A stretch of 54,287 nucleotides of DNA, counting the filler, from Jimgerdemannia flammicorona (Eukaryota): the NCBI GenBank assembly GCA_003990765.1. It is 2 parts of 2 records of this genome, joined end to end, with 100 filler letters (N's around TTAATTAATTAA, not from the genome) between each part and the next. Parts side by side here need not be neighbours in the genome. Positions count along the whole stretch, not along the records: positions 1 to 27,100 come from RBNJ01000662.1; 1 more part is not named here. One strand, written 5' to 3'. This document shows positions 1-12,779 of this stretch, one piece after another. Below the pieces are notes generated by a model. The model saw only the letters and a list, made by a program, of their open reading frames with translations, did no database searches and had not been told where the DNA came from. A program made the position numbers and the translations under genes. Position 1 is the first letter of the stretch; the number at the start of each line of letters is the position of its first letter.

Positions 1-263
1 TTTTTTGTCGTGGGAAATAAAGAGTTTACTAGCCTGCTTCTATTGACCACACCATCAACATCTCGTTCTAATCAAAAAAACTAGTTAATTATAATGATAT
101 CGTTCTAGCCACACGGCCAACCCTAATGAAAACACAAGACTCATCAAAATAGCCGCAGAGGTACAAACAAGCAAGCGAAACATTACAAGTACCCTCTCAA
201 CGGCACCCACTTCCCACTTAAGCGGTCACGTTCGCTTATACCTGCGAGCCATAGCAGTTCAGA

Positions 264-3255
264 CTATATACTGAAAAAGAAATCCTGAGCCATCATCCTC
301 TTCGGCGTTCTCTTCCCCGGGGTCGATCCCGCACTCGGTGTTTTGGCCTCATTCATCTCCACCGTTGGCGCACCTGCGGCCTTCCTCTTCCTATTCGTGT
401 TCGGGGTCGCCCTCCCGTTCGCCCTGTGGTTCGAGGGCATCAACATCACGGACTCTGTGGGCGACGACGACCACGACCCGGTCCCGTCGCGTAGCGCGCT
501 CTTAATGGGCTGCGTCGGCGTCACGATCGGCCCAGGGATTGTCTGCATCGGGAGAAATTTGTTAAAGCCTGTGATGAAGTAAAGGGGAAGCAAGATTGTG
601 AGTGATCTGGTAGTGGAACAACACATTCTTGAAAAGAACCAAAACACAAAAAAGGAAAGAGGGAGATGGGAGACCCACGTTTCACTATGTTGTTCTCAAG
701 CCTCCAATGCACCTTCTTTTTGCTACTGGGCACGCTCGTGGGGATGTCGTCGGCCAGAGCGAAGACTGGCGTTGTCATCACTTTCAATTTGGCCGCAGCA
801 GCGGAGACGGGGGAACTGGTAGGTGTAATGAACTTGGCATGCGTCTGTATATGCATTGAAGGGACACGGGGGACGTCGATGGAGGTAAATAAGTGCGTTT
901 GCGACTGTGCCAACCATGAAATGCCATCTCATTATACATTCAAAATGAGCTGGGTCAAAGAGCAATTTCAATGCTTGCTCATCACACATCTCTAGTATCC
1001 TGCCAAGGGCATAATAACACACAAACGAGATCCACAACCGTCACGTTTCTCCACGTAACTCACCTTCAGCTTCATGCCGCCATTCACAACAGGCGACCCA
1101 AACGGCGTGTCCACCGTCCCTACCGTCGCCACCGTTCTCATCTTCCCCACCGTCGCCGCCGTCGCCGCCGTTCCCATCTTCCCCACCGTCGCCACCGTTC
1201 CCACCTTTCCCACCGTCGCCACCGTTTCTACCTTCCCCACCGTCGCCACCGTTCCCACCTTCCCCACTTCCCCAACCCGCATCGCCATTCTTGCGCCTCC
1301 GTTGGCTTTCTGCTTCTTATCCTGCCTCTTCTTCGCTGCCGGTCTTTCCTCCGCCTCCTTCTCCTCCCCCCTCCCCTCCTTGTCATCGTCAATGTCCATT
1401 TCTGTCACGTCATCCACCGTCAGCCTTGCCAGGTCGCGCACGACCTTGGCGTCCTTGGCCTTCAGGGACTTGGACTTAGACTTGGTGGTCACGGCGCCGT
1501 TCTGCTGCGGCCTGCCGTTGTCATTCGCGTGCCTGTTCTCTTTCCTCTTCTTCAACAGCATCTGTTCCTCTTCATATCCCTTCTCCTCATCACTAGCCTC
1601 CCCGACATCCTCCCACCCATCCTCCTCCGGATCCTCCTCTTCGTCCCAATCCTCCTCATCCAGATCGTCCTCATCCAGATCGTCCTCATCCAGATCGTCC
1701 TCATCCAGATCGTCCTCATCCAGATCGTCCTCATCCAGATCCTTCTCCTCATCCAGATCCTCCTCATCTAGATCCTCCTCATCTAGATCCTCCTCATCTA
1801 GATCCTCCTCATTCAGATCCTCTCCAACAATCTCGTCGAACGCCCGGTACAGGGTGTAGATTTTGCGCCGGTTCGCGTCCAGCGTGATAGGGTCGGCGCC
1901 CGTCGCAAACAGAGCAGTACGGATGGAGCTGATGTCGTAGATGTAGGGTGGGGTGTCGTTGAGGAGGTCTTCAGCCTCATCCTCGGCATCCTCGACCGCT
2001 TCGATGCGGTCCAGTTCTGTTTGGTTATTGAGGGGAAGAAGACAATAAGAAAACGGTCGCTTTGCTTTGAAACAGGGGCCTGGTAACTACAATCCGCGCC
2101 CCGACATCCATAAGACCTCCAAACCTCTTCACCACCCCACACACGCGCCATCCTCCCCCAACCTACCCTGCACGAACTTTTCCAGCACTGCCTGGAACAC
2201 ACTCTCGATCACACGTTTGACGACCACGTTGTTAGGCGACCTTCCCATGAGGTTCAGCATGGGCTGCATCAGGGCCGCGGTGGGGACGTCGAAATTCTCG
2301 TCCTCCGCGAGGGTCGACAATTGTGCGACCACGACCTTCTCAAGCTCCTCTAACCACACGTCTATGATGTGATAGCGGATCGAGTCAGGAACCTTGGCAT
2401 TCGTGGGGCTGCGAGTGAAGGAAGGTTAGGAAGGCGAGAAAGAAAGGGAGGAAGGCGCACGGAGGAGGAAGAGCGGGGACGTACTTGAGGGGCCCGGCAG
2501 TCATGATTTCAATATAATCGTCCATCATGCCGTTGTCCCACTCGTTTTGAGCGAGGAGCTTGAAGGAGTAGTTGATAAATTTGCGGAGGAGGAGGTAATA
2601 CTTATCGAGCCTGGAGCGTTGCATAGGGAGATTATTCGAATCAGCAAACAGCGTGATCGTTTCCTCTCACGTGAATTAGAAAGTAGCTGATAGCTATAAA
2701 TCAACACAAACAATAATACAGCAGCAACGAGGGACAATCACCTACCGAAGACGATCAATGCCATACCACTCTGCGGCCATAGTTTCCCAGAACGCGCCGA
2801 CGAAGGGAATAGCGTTGTGGCACGGCATCTGCAGGACAAGCGACGCCAAAGTATCGGCCAATGCCTGTTGAACGAGGGGTTTGTCGGACATCCAGAAGCC
2901 TACGGGAACCATGGGATGCATTCCAGGAAGGGCGATAAGAACGTGCAACGTTGTTCACCCACAACAGAGGCGAAAAATGGAGAACAAAAAAAAAGCTCGG
3001 GGCTCTTACAGTAGAAAAGGCCCTTCCACAGTTTCAAGAATTCTCTATGTGTGAAGTCTTTCTTGCTCGAGAGGTATATCTGGAGCGACTTGATAGCCTT
3101 ATCACGGGTCTTGCGGTCTGCAGCGAGCGACACCTATTGGGTCAGCAACGACAGAATGGATGTCTTGGCCATGGTTGTGAATGGGTGCACATACCATTAG
3201 CGGCCAGGTGCTTCCCGAAGGGAGCGACGACGTGGTTTTCCTTGAGAGAGGTCAT
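264..3255 (-). CDS. RRP1: RRP1/Nop52-family pre-60S rRNA processing protein, multi-exon, with acidic linker and RRP1B-like C-terminal tail
   Basis: Spliced translation from ATG 3255: [80 protein letters not shown]..|[18 protein letters not shown]..|NRRKIYTLY, all Nop52 motifs. Continues through an E/D-rich repeat exon to about 1063, then exons at about 844-680 ([16 protein letters not shown]) and about 570-264 (..[18 protein letters not shown]). GT-AG junctions keep the frame. Confidence 0.9.
1118..1270. repeat. Coding 27-bp tandem repeat (VGTVATVGK)n inside RRP1
   Basis: About 5 degenerate copies of ttccccaccgtcgccaccgttcccacc. Confidence 0.85.
1650..1820. repeat. Coding 15-bp tandem repeat ([10 protein letters not shown])n inside RRP1
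   Basis: About 11 copies of (tcctcatccagatcg/tcctcatctagatcc). Explains the spurious poly-Ser, IQIVL and MRTIW ORFs in other frames. Confidence 0.9.
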
Positions 3256-3789
3256 GGTTGTGTTTGAGTAAGTCGAGCGAGACGAGGAAAAAAGAAATTT
3301 GAACTAAGCCACCATTTTCTCAATTGGGACTCAGATATCTCCTCTTGCCAATTATGTCGCATGGCTCTTCATTCCCCCTCGCAATTATACCCGCTGGGAA
3401 CGAGGAGCATCACACGTTATATGACCAAGGGGACAACATGCTTTCCATAGCACAAAGTAGTATGGATTCGCTTAGATCTAGCCCAATCAAGCCGTTTAAT
3501 TAATGATAGCATTGAACAACCCTGGTTGATAAAATCTCATAATTAATTTGCCAATTCAACACAAGGTCTGTCTCGAATTGGACACACAGTGGGGAACACT
3601 ACATTGTTGTTCCTACACTCAATAAAACACTCGCATCCACTAAAAACGCTATCCAGTCGTCCAAAACCATGTGGTTGTCTATAAACGACCATGCTTATGT
3701 ATTTACAGTGGCTCTGCTCAGTCACAATTTTATGTGTTCGTAGACGCGATGCCCGAAATTCGTCATCCTATTTCCAAAAAATTCGACAC

Positions 3790-4722
3790 TCAACCCTTCT
3801 CACCCTCCCCTTCTCCAGAAGCCTCGATTCTCCCACCCGTCGCGAGCTCCCTGTCGAGCCATTCGACTTCTTCCTCCAGCTCCATCAGCTTCGCGTCCAG
3901 GATAGCTTTGTATTCCTCGTCGGTCAGCCTCCTGACGGGCGACCATTCAGGCACCTCTAACAGGTCCCACAGCGCTTTCCACTTTCCCTTCGTCGTCGTC
4001 GACGGCTGGTACTGCTCGTGCGCAAATGCGTCGTCCCCTTCATGCACCGGGGATTGGAGGATGAGAGATTGGCGGTACCGGTTCGCGACGGTGTAAACAG
4101 CTTGTCCCGCCGTGCAGAGAAGAGAGAACACGAAGAAGCCCGGAAGCACGCCTTTGGGACCACCTGTAAGTGATTTGTGATTTAAGGGCAGTTTGTGATC
4201 GCGTATGAGGTATGAAGCGAATGGGAAGAGGAAAGGCGGTCATGCTCACGGACGAGGGAGTACAGAAGGCCACCGGTCGTGCCGCCAGCCATTGCGCTAC
4301 TAAACAGGTCATCAGCGTCTCTTGTCTGCGAGTCCTTGAGGCCAAAACGAGGGTTCTGGCGACGCTGATATGCGAGGAAGGATTCGCGGACACCTTTGTT
4401 GGGGTGGGTCGGGAAATCTGAGCCGCATACGAGACGAGACGCGTCAGAGCTTTCGAATAAATCAGTGAGGTAACTGCTTACTGAAAAAGGTCACGCCAAA
4501 TACGGCACAGTTCAGACCCATGGAGATGGTGTATTGGCGCACGGGGACGTTGCGGAGCACGGCAAGGGTCGCGCCAGTGGTTGCACCTGCGATGGCTATG
4601 AAGGGGAAGTTTGAGGCAGTGTTTAGTAAGGAATTAACAGGGATTGTCCATGTGGTGAAATGTTGCATACCGGCGACAGCGGTTCCGGTCCATATTGTTG
4701 TGGGAGCGTCTTCACTCAGCAT
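3790..4722 (-). CDS. Tim17/Tim22/Tim23-family-like mitochondrial membrane protein, 4 exons
   Basis: MLSEDAPTTIWTGTAVA|GATTGATLAVLR..GLNCAVFGVTFF|SVRESFL..DDLFSSAMAGGTTGGLLYSLV|RGPKGVLPGFFVFSLLCTAGQ..PVRRLTDEEYKAILDAKLMELEEEV. Four Gly-rich hydrophobic helices, canonical introns. Family assigned from motif pattern only. Confidence 0.6.
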
Positions 4723-4831
4723 GGATGAGCAAGAAATGTGGCGCAGGAGTCATTTCGGGTTTGTTGATATGTAATTAATTAATTACCTACGTATCTGCCT
4801 GTCTCTCTCCTTCAGCACACATCCCCGAACA

Positions 4832-6439
4832 ATGTCAATACAACCACAGAAAAAGTATACATCCCTTACTCCCATCTTACTGCTTCTGTTACTAATCACA
4901 CGATCCACATTCTTACCGCCTACTTCCTTACAGAAAATTCGGCGCCGAATTCCTCTGCCGCGTCCGTCACCGCAACATCCTCCCCCCGGTTCCCTTCGGA
5001 CCCAAATTGATCACTACACCTCCCCTGACCGCCCGCTTCATCAAATATGAGAGCACATCACTGGTTGAGAAGACACCCTACGCCCTAGCCGTCGACCAGG
5101 ATCTCGGCATGCCCATCGACACCGCGACCATACAGTACCTGGAGAGGCTCGAGACGGGAGATGAACAAGGTAAACGAACAAACGAAAAGCACAATTCCCC
5201 ATGTGTTGGGTTTGCTAGGCAATCTACTCATCCTGATTTGTTTCCCTCCCCCCCAAAAAAAAAAAAAAATGTGTTCATCCCGAACGCACACAGGCGTCCC
5301 AGCCCTCTCCCCAGAGGACCGCGACCTCCTCGTGGACGCACGTGACGAGACTTCGCGCGCTGGCGCCGGTCTCATGGGGAGCAAGAGGCCCATGGTCACA
5401 TGGCTACGCAGGTCCGAGTACATCTCGAGCGAGGCGTCCAAGACCGTGGGCGGTAAGGACCAGTCAGTGGAGAGCCGGTATGTGTGGCCTTTACATGTTC
5501 TTTTTAAAGCGAATCAATCGTCCCTTGATACACACTCCATTAGCAAAAAATTTCCATCCATCTTTCTTTCTCACCACGCTCCAGCTTCGGTACCTCGGGC
5601 CGCGGTCACAAAGCGACGCAATACCCGACCGTGTCCAAGCAAACCGCAGGTATCGCACGCACCTTCGCACAGTCCGCCAGCATCGCCAGTGACCTCAAGC
5701 AGCTTAAGCACCCGAAGCGGCCGCACCTGCAGGCCGTCTCCTCGCACGCCATCTTCCCGGACCTTTCGACTTGGTCTCACGTCTACACCCTCGGTCAGTT
5801 TTCGACCGACCCCGCCGAGGACGACAACCCGCGCGCCGCCAGCAACTCCGACGAGGCCTATCGCTACGAGCGTCACGTCCTGCGCCCTATGACCAACCCC
5901 GACAACAAACGCGACAACTTCCTGAACCTTTTCTTGCCGGAATTGGACTCGGCTAGAAGGCTGAAGAGGAGAAGGATCGAGCAGGAAGAGGACGATGTCG
6001 TGGCAGGATCAAGCATTGGTGATAGCGACAAGCCGTTCTGGTATGATGCCATCAGGGATTATACGTATCAAAATCTCAATCTGCCGGAGCTGCAGAACGT
6101 AGTCATGGTGTTTAGGGACGAGGGGCTGGGCGAGAAGGAGGAGGTGTTCTATAATGTTGTCAAGAGCAAAATCGTCGCCAAGAAGAAAAGGGCGCCAGTG
6201 GGTGTTCCACATCTCTCTCTTGTCTGGTTGATTTTCTTTTTTCCTTCACCGTGCTCCAACCACCCAATTTTCTTCCCAACCCCCCAACACCCTTCCAGGC
6301 CAAAATCGGTTCACGCCACCAGGACCGCGACCGTGATGGCGAGAGAAAGTCGGCCCTCACGATCCAGTTTCGTCCGAGGACCGAGGAAGAAGAGGAAGAG
6401 AGGCGAACCAAGATGCGCGAGGTCGGCGTCGACGAGTGA
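4832..6439 (+). CDS. PAF1: RNA polymerase II-associated factor Paf1, 5 exons
   Basis: EFLCRVRHRNILPPVPFGPKL..DQDLGMPID..|LSPEDRDLL..VTWLRRSEYIS..|IARTF..LKHPKRPHLQAVSSHAIFPD..IRDY: characteristic Paf1 motifs. Exons about 4832-4855, 4934-5168, 5294-5477, 5585-6197, 6299-6439. Confidence 0.9.
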
Positions 6440-7431
6440 GCCGATGGCTGAAGAGGGGGGGGGAGGTTTAGTCCGGTTTTTTAAACGGATCGGGGGAGAG
6501 GGAGAAGGGGTGGAGTTGAGCGATTGTATGTATATAGAGTTTTGGGTAGCTAGTGTTTGGGGGGCGCGGTTCATTCAAGCGTGCTAGCTGGGGTTTTGCC
6601 TGTTTATATTTTCTAGAGAGCTTGGTTAGTTACATATTCGGACTTACATTTTTTTTTTCACACTATAACAACTGCTATGCGTGCAAGTCGTGCGGTTTCC
6701 ATGAAGTTTGCTGAAATTGATGGCAAAACAGTTTGTATGAGATAGGATGTCATCTCCTTACGAGACGACATCGCACCACGTCCCAACAGCCGTCGCCTGA
6801 TGGCCCATTCTAGTTTTCCAATCCTAAAACCTCTCGGTCACACGCTTTTTTCGCTCTGCCGTCACCTTTACTTTTCAGGACATAGGTTGGCAAGCAATTT
6901 GATTCGTCAAAGCTTGAAGCACGCGTTCACTGCCACACAATAGGCTTCGGGTGGCCGATCCATTTATGGAAATTTCTCCCGATTGAAAGTTGGGAGGGCG
7001 AAAGTACATGGGACTCAATGATTCTTAGATTCGAAAACTCCTTGATGCCGGACGCGGCTGTTTGGAACGGGCTAGGACGAACCTTGTCGGAGATTGTCTT
7101 TGACTCTCGTGCTCTCGTGAATAAAGGGAGCGAAAACGGGTCGCTGGGGGGTCGATTATTCCATGCGAGACTCGAGATGCTATACTTTTAAGTAGTGTAG
7201 TCAATAAAAGCCTGAAAGGCCCTCATACCCTTATACGAGGCGGCGGTCGCCACGTGGTCCCGAAAATTCTTAGCGGCAGTGATGTCATGCGCAAATTCCC
7301 CACGGTCCGAATCCGGTCACACCAAGCCACCCCCTACCGTGCCACCCATTTTTGTGCTCATTGTTCCTCCGCTCCCCGCTCCCCTCCGCCCTTCCACACG
7401 TTCCCCCCCAACCCCCCAAACTTCAATCCCA

Positions 7432-8721
7432 ATGGCAGATTACATTCACACCCCCTCTCCAACCGCAAGCCCGGCACTCCAGGCCATGTTGACTCACTCC
7501 GGGTTTCCTCTCACCGAGAGCAGGTCCCAGTCCCCCATCTCTAGGGTGAACTCGCCTATCGATATGGACGGTTTGAGCTGGCCGAGTAGGTTTCCTGTTT
7601 TGACCGTGGGCCCGGTAACTTGGGAAATGCAGCTAGATCTTTGTCTTCGATTTTTTTCGGTGGTTTCCCGAGTTTTGGCATCCGCCGTCGTCTCAAATAT
7701 CGCTTTGCGGTAGTTCTTCTCGCCAGAGACTCTCCCTCTCTTTTTCGGCCGCTGGCATGACCAAGCAACCTCAGACGCAATACCAACCTTGACTCCCACT
7801 CACTCCACTCCAGGTCTCGGCACCAAGGCCCGCCGCGACGAGACCAAGGCGGAGGCCGAGGAGCGGATCCGTAAGATGTCGGGCGCCGTGCGCACTCTTC
7901 TCGAGTGCATGGGCGAGGACCCGGACCGCGAGGGCCTGCTTAAGACTCCCGAGCGCTACGCAAAGGCGCTCATGTTCTTCTCAAAGGGGTACGAGGAAAA
8001 TGTTCGCGGTGAGTGGTCGGTCGGTGGCTGAGAGGGTGTCGTGGACGTGTGATAATGTTTGTTTGCTTACTATACTCTTTCTCAACTCTGTCTTCCTGAT
8101 CTTCCAAGACGTTCTCAACGGCGCGATATTCGAAGAAGGTAAGCAACACCCGCCTTCCTCATCTCCACTCATTCGTTCCATCCTCGCCACTCTTGCCAAC
8201 CTTCACTACTCTCCCTCTTTCCCGCAGATCACGACGAGATGGTGATAGTGAAGAACGTTGAGGTTTTCTCGCTCTGCGAACACCACATGGTCCCCTTCAC
8301 GGGCAAGATTCACATTGCCTACATTCCCAACCGCAAAGTCGTTGGCCTAAGCAAGTTGGCCCGTATCGCAGAGATGTTCGGTCGCCGTCTCCAGGTCCAG
8401 GAACGCCTCACCAAGCAGATCGCAATGGCTCTTATGGAGATCCTCAAGCCTCAGGGTGTTGCCGTTGTCATGGAGGCGAGGTGCATTGTCTTTGTATTTT
8501 GGCGGCGGATTGGCTTGGACCTGAAGAATGGCCAATGAAGACATTCGCGCGCCCCGTACTCACCACAACCCTATGCTTATCTTCCCTCCCACAGTCACCT
8601 CTGCATGGTCATGCGTGGCGTCCAAAAGCCTAGCGCCTCGACCATGACCTCGTATATGCTCGGCGTTTTCCGGAACAACCCTAAGACCCGTGAGGAGTTC
8701 CTCTCGCTGATCAGAAACTAG
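7432..8721 (+). CDS. FOL2: GTP cyclohydrolase I (FolE/FOL2/GCH1), 5 exons
   Basis: [79 protein letters not shown]. Zn ligands intact. Introns start at 7586, about 8009, about 8138 and about 8481. Confidence 0.97.
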
Positions 8722-9087
8722 AGGAGAGAGTTGCGTGGGAGGGGGCGTTTAAAGGCTTGTGTAGTAGAATATTTAATACCACCCGGGAGGGGGAGGGGGC
8801 GCCGGCGTTAGATGCCGCACGTGGCAGAGGGAGAGGGGATTGATGATGTTCAATAATAGATTGATGGGGATTCGTCATGCTTGGGGGTTTTTTTTGTGGT
8901 TTTTCATGTTGCAAAATATAGGTGGATTTGATATTGAATAAAGCGTTGGAATGAATAAGATGATTGTTGGGTTCTGAGAACAGATGATGTATAATTTGGG
9001 TTTTGACGGGTTCCTATGTGACTGCTATGGAACGACCTCGCGTTTCTCCTTTCCGCCCCCCCCTCCGACGCGAACACGAATAACGCC

Positions 9088-10583
9088 ATGGCCCCCAAGA
9101 CACTCGAATTCGATCTCTCCAAAGCCGTTGGCTACCAGAACCACCCCGCAAAGGTCGCCTACAACCGTCGCGACCTCCTCCTCTACGCCCTGTCCATCGG
9201 CATCGATGCCGACGAGCTCAACTACCTCTACGAGCTCGGTAGGTCCAATTCTTTGCTACTTCCCATCTGATTGTCTCTAAGTCTCGCGTTTCTCACATAT
9301 CCGGCCCTCTTGGCCTCATAGACCCCAACTTCACCCCCTTCCCCACCTACCCACTCGTCCTGCAGCTCAAGGGTAATACCTTCGATGTCAACTCGTACGC
9401 CGCCATCTCTGCCGACCAGGGCACCGTTCCCGGAGTCCCGCCTTTCGACTTGAACCGCCTTGTGCACGGCGAGCAGTACCTTGAAGTTCTGAGGAAGCTG
9501 CCGCATGAGGGTAATTTCGATCTTAAGAACGAGGTGCTCGGCGTGTATGACAAAGGTGAGTTAGGATTCTATATTTTATTTTATTTTTTGCGAATGATGA
9601 GTTTCGGAGGGGTTGGTGTTAGTACCCAGTTATTTTGGCATTATTATCGATAGCGTTGCCATATCAAGTTATGCCGAGGATAATCATGTCCTTTCTATTT
9701 TCATAACAATGTTTGAATATCTCCTCACCACGTAACCCTCACAGGGTCGGGCCTCGTCATCGAGCGCTGCCTCACCATGGTCGACGCCAAGGGAGTCGAG
9801 TATGTCAAGATGATCACCAAGGTGTTTGTCATCGGTTACGGCGGCTGGGGGGTAAGTCACCGTCTCACATCATCTCGAACGGTTTTTTACAATGCGGAGC
9901 AAACATCCCTCCTCTCACACTTTTCACGCTTTCCTGTCATAATTGTTAACAGGGCCCCAAGGGTCCCAAGTCCGTCACCCGCACCCTCCCCAACCGAGCT
10001 ACGGACGCCGTCGAGGTGACCACCACCTCGCGCAATGCCGCGCTCCTATACCGCCTGTCTGGGTATGCGCATAATTCTCTCCTAGCTTCACAAATTCTTG
10101 TTGTCTTTTGCTCATCGCATCCGTGGCCCGTCGCTTATACCATTTCCCCACTTTGCAGCGACTACAACCCTCTCCACGCGGACCCGACCATCGCCCCCAA
10201 AATCGGGTTCGAGCGCGCCATTCTGCACGGCCTCTGCTCCTACGGCACCGCCGCTCACGCCATCGTCAAGCACCTGGCCGCCAACGACTCGGATCGATTC
10301 GTCAGCATCGACGCCAGGTTCGCTAAGCCCGTGTATCCTGGTGGTAGGTTTGCGAGATCATTCTTTTTTCCTTTACCTGAATGGGACGTTGGCCACAATC
10401 TCACCATCCTTTACCTCGACCTTCATAACAGATACCCTCGAGACCCACATGTGGAAGGTGGACGGCGCCCCCGCTGGCCACGAGCACGTCTACTTCATTG
10501 TCAAGGTCAAGGAACGCGATGTTGTTGTTATTAGCAACGGGTTGGTTGTGCTTAGGAAGGGAGATGGCAAGTCCAAGTTGTAA
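9088..10583 (+). CDS. MaoC/double hot-dog enoyl-CoA hydratase 2 (stand-alone MFE-2 hydratase-like), multi-exon
   Basis: YNRRDLLLYALSIG, PFPTYPLVL, LVHGEQYL, hydratase-2 motif YRLSG|DYNPLHADP..GFERAILHGLCSYG, ARFAKPVYPG. C-terminal SKL is a canonical PTS1 peroxisomal signal. Confidence 0.9.
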
Positions 10584-11235
10584 TCGAAATAACCAAACCT
10601 TTCTTTTCGGTTTTATCGTGACTACGTATGTTGTGGAAAGGAGGTTCGTTCGCAATAAAGGGGGGGAAAACTATGAGAACCTCAAAGTGTACTTGTGAGC
10701 ATTGCAGAAATGTGAGGGCGAGGGTGGGGAAGAAGAGATGGGGGAAACTTGTGAGATGTGGTTACAAGCGACACGAGTCAAGAATGTACATAATCCAAAT
10801 AATTATTATAATTAATAATAATCGGGGTCGTGCAACGTCTTCCTGGGTAGATCCACACGACCCGTAGCACTTCGCTAGCATCGCACAAATCCCACATCGT
10901 ACTGCATCACTGCGCTACTGCGCCAAAACTACCAATCGCGACGCTTGGATAGAATCACATCGTCGATCACTGCTCTCCACACGCAACTAGCACCTGCTCT
11001 GGGTCACCCTCAGCTTTCCACATACTCCGCCCCCTCATCCTCATCCAGCAGCAACATTCCTCTCCGTCGATAATACCAACGTTGGTGTAAATAAGCAATT
11101 AAAAGATCGAATTTGCTTTGTTTTATTTTTGACATGCTGAGTGCTGGGAGGAAAACAATATTGTAGACCACTTTTAGGCGAAAAATCAAATTGCCTAATT
11201 TGCTTCGTTCCACAAACGAGAGAGTACGTGACAGG

Positions 11236-11278
<43 letters not shown>

Positions 11279-11444
11279 TAATGACAAATGATAATTGAAA
11301 GATGGCAGGTGGGTGAAAGAAGGATAGTTAAAAAAGCAAGCATAGTGATCCCACATATGTGCCCAACAACCAAAAGCACTTGTCGCCAATCTCCACCAAA
11401 ACAACAAAAACGTTCTTCAATCCTTTCCTCACTAATTTCTCCTC

Positions 11445-12779
11445 TCACAAATCAACCATCAACCTTCTCGATCGTGGCACCACGTTGTTCACCACGAATA
11501 TGACCTCAAGTATGCGTCTCTGTGCCGGAGTAATCAGGTCTGGTGGGATGAGATTCAGCTCGCCAGTCAGGGATTTGGGGTTCACGTTGACGTCAGGACC
11601 GGTGTGAGACTCCGAATTGACTTTATCTGTCGTCCCGCGTTCCACTTCCTCTGGTATCTCCAAATCCATGTCTACATTCTCATCGTTCCCATGGCGCGTC
11701 AGGATTACAACCCCCTTCCAGTAATTCTGTCTCATTGACAACTCTGTCGGCGCCACTGACGTGCTCGCATCCGCGCTCATTTCGTTCTCTCTAGGCCTAA
11801 CGAACGTCTTCCAGTCTTGCGGCAGAGGCTTCTCCCAATCCCAAAACTTCTTCCAGTGATTCGGTTTCATTGGAAACTCTGTCGGCGTCCTCACATCCAC
11901 GTTCACCTCGTTCAGCATCCTTTGGGCGCACACCTTTCCTCGAGACCCGACGAATGTTGTCCAACCTTGCAGTTGAGGCTTTTCCCAGTTCAAATAACCA
12001 AGATTTACCAACCCGATCTTAGCCTCCCCCTCCTCTTCAGCGTACAGTGCCTCGCATACATTTATGTTACTCCTCGCCCACGTCACAAGCTCCCCCCACG
12101 TGCCGATCTGAATTTCCTTCTCGTTTTTCCCGCGGACAGTAAGCGGAAACTGAGTATCGCAGAGCGGGCCATAGGCATACTTGTAGAGAGAGAGGAGTAG
12201 TTTGTCGCACTGAATATGCGTGGGACAAAGGCGAACGATGCGTATACAGAGTAACTTGGCGGGAAGAGGGTCCGTGTGTGAAGGGAGCGGTGGGCGGTGG
12301 GTCAGGGTGATGACGGTGGTAGTTATCCCTTTGTCGAAATGGCGGGTAATGGTCAAATGGTTGGGGAGGATCTCGTAGAGCCAATTTCTCTGGAGAAGGG
12401 AGGAGAGACGAAGAAAGCATGGAATATATATGGAGGATTTATGCATTTTCTTAACAGTGCAATCGAAACAAGAATCAGGGGTTCAACGTACTATCTTCCC
12501 AACGGTTTCAAAAACGAGGCGGTACTTGTGCTTGTAATGAGAAGCTATGGAAGCGGTTGTGATATAAACCATATCCTCGAACAGCTTTAACACACGGAGA
12601 CGGATTAGATTAAGCTCTTTGTCCTTTGGTTCGGGAATGGCGGCTGTCTGGATAGGGTTGGGCCATGCGGCTGACGTTGAAGCTGTTGGGTTGAGCCTGT
12701 CACGCGATAGTAGGTAGTTCCCGCGTTGCTTCCTTATGGTGGTTGGGACCGAAATATTCTCGTCGGCCTTGCGTTTCAT
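11445..12779 (-). CDS. Hypothetical protein of about 410 aa, two exons (12779-12492, 12389-11445)
   Basis: Phase-0 intron gtacgt..ctccag joins ORF 12483-12779 to ORF 11445-12446 in frame. CpG-rich genic composition, no recognisable domain. Confidence 0.6.

Noticed and set aside
971..1859. Plus-strand His/Arg-rich and poly-Ser ORFs
   Set aside because: Antisense shadows of repetitive RRP1 exons.
7254..7544. Out-of-frame ORF overlapping the FOL2 start as a possible uORF
   Set aside because: TSS unknown and the upstream ATG may lie outside the transcript.
11236..11274. Long poly(A) run (also near 46051 and 50374)
   Set aside because: No TSD or element body identifiable, so treated as simple homopolymers.
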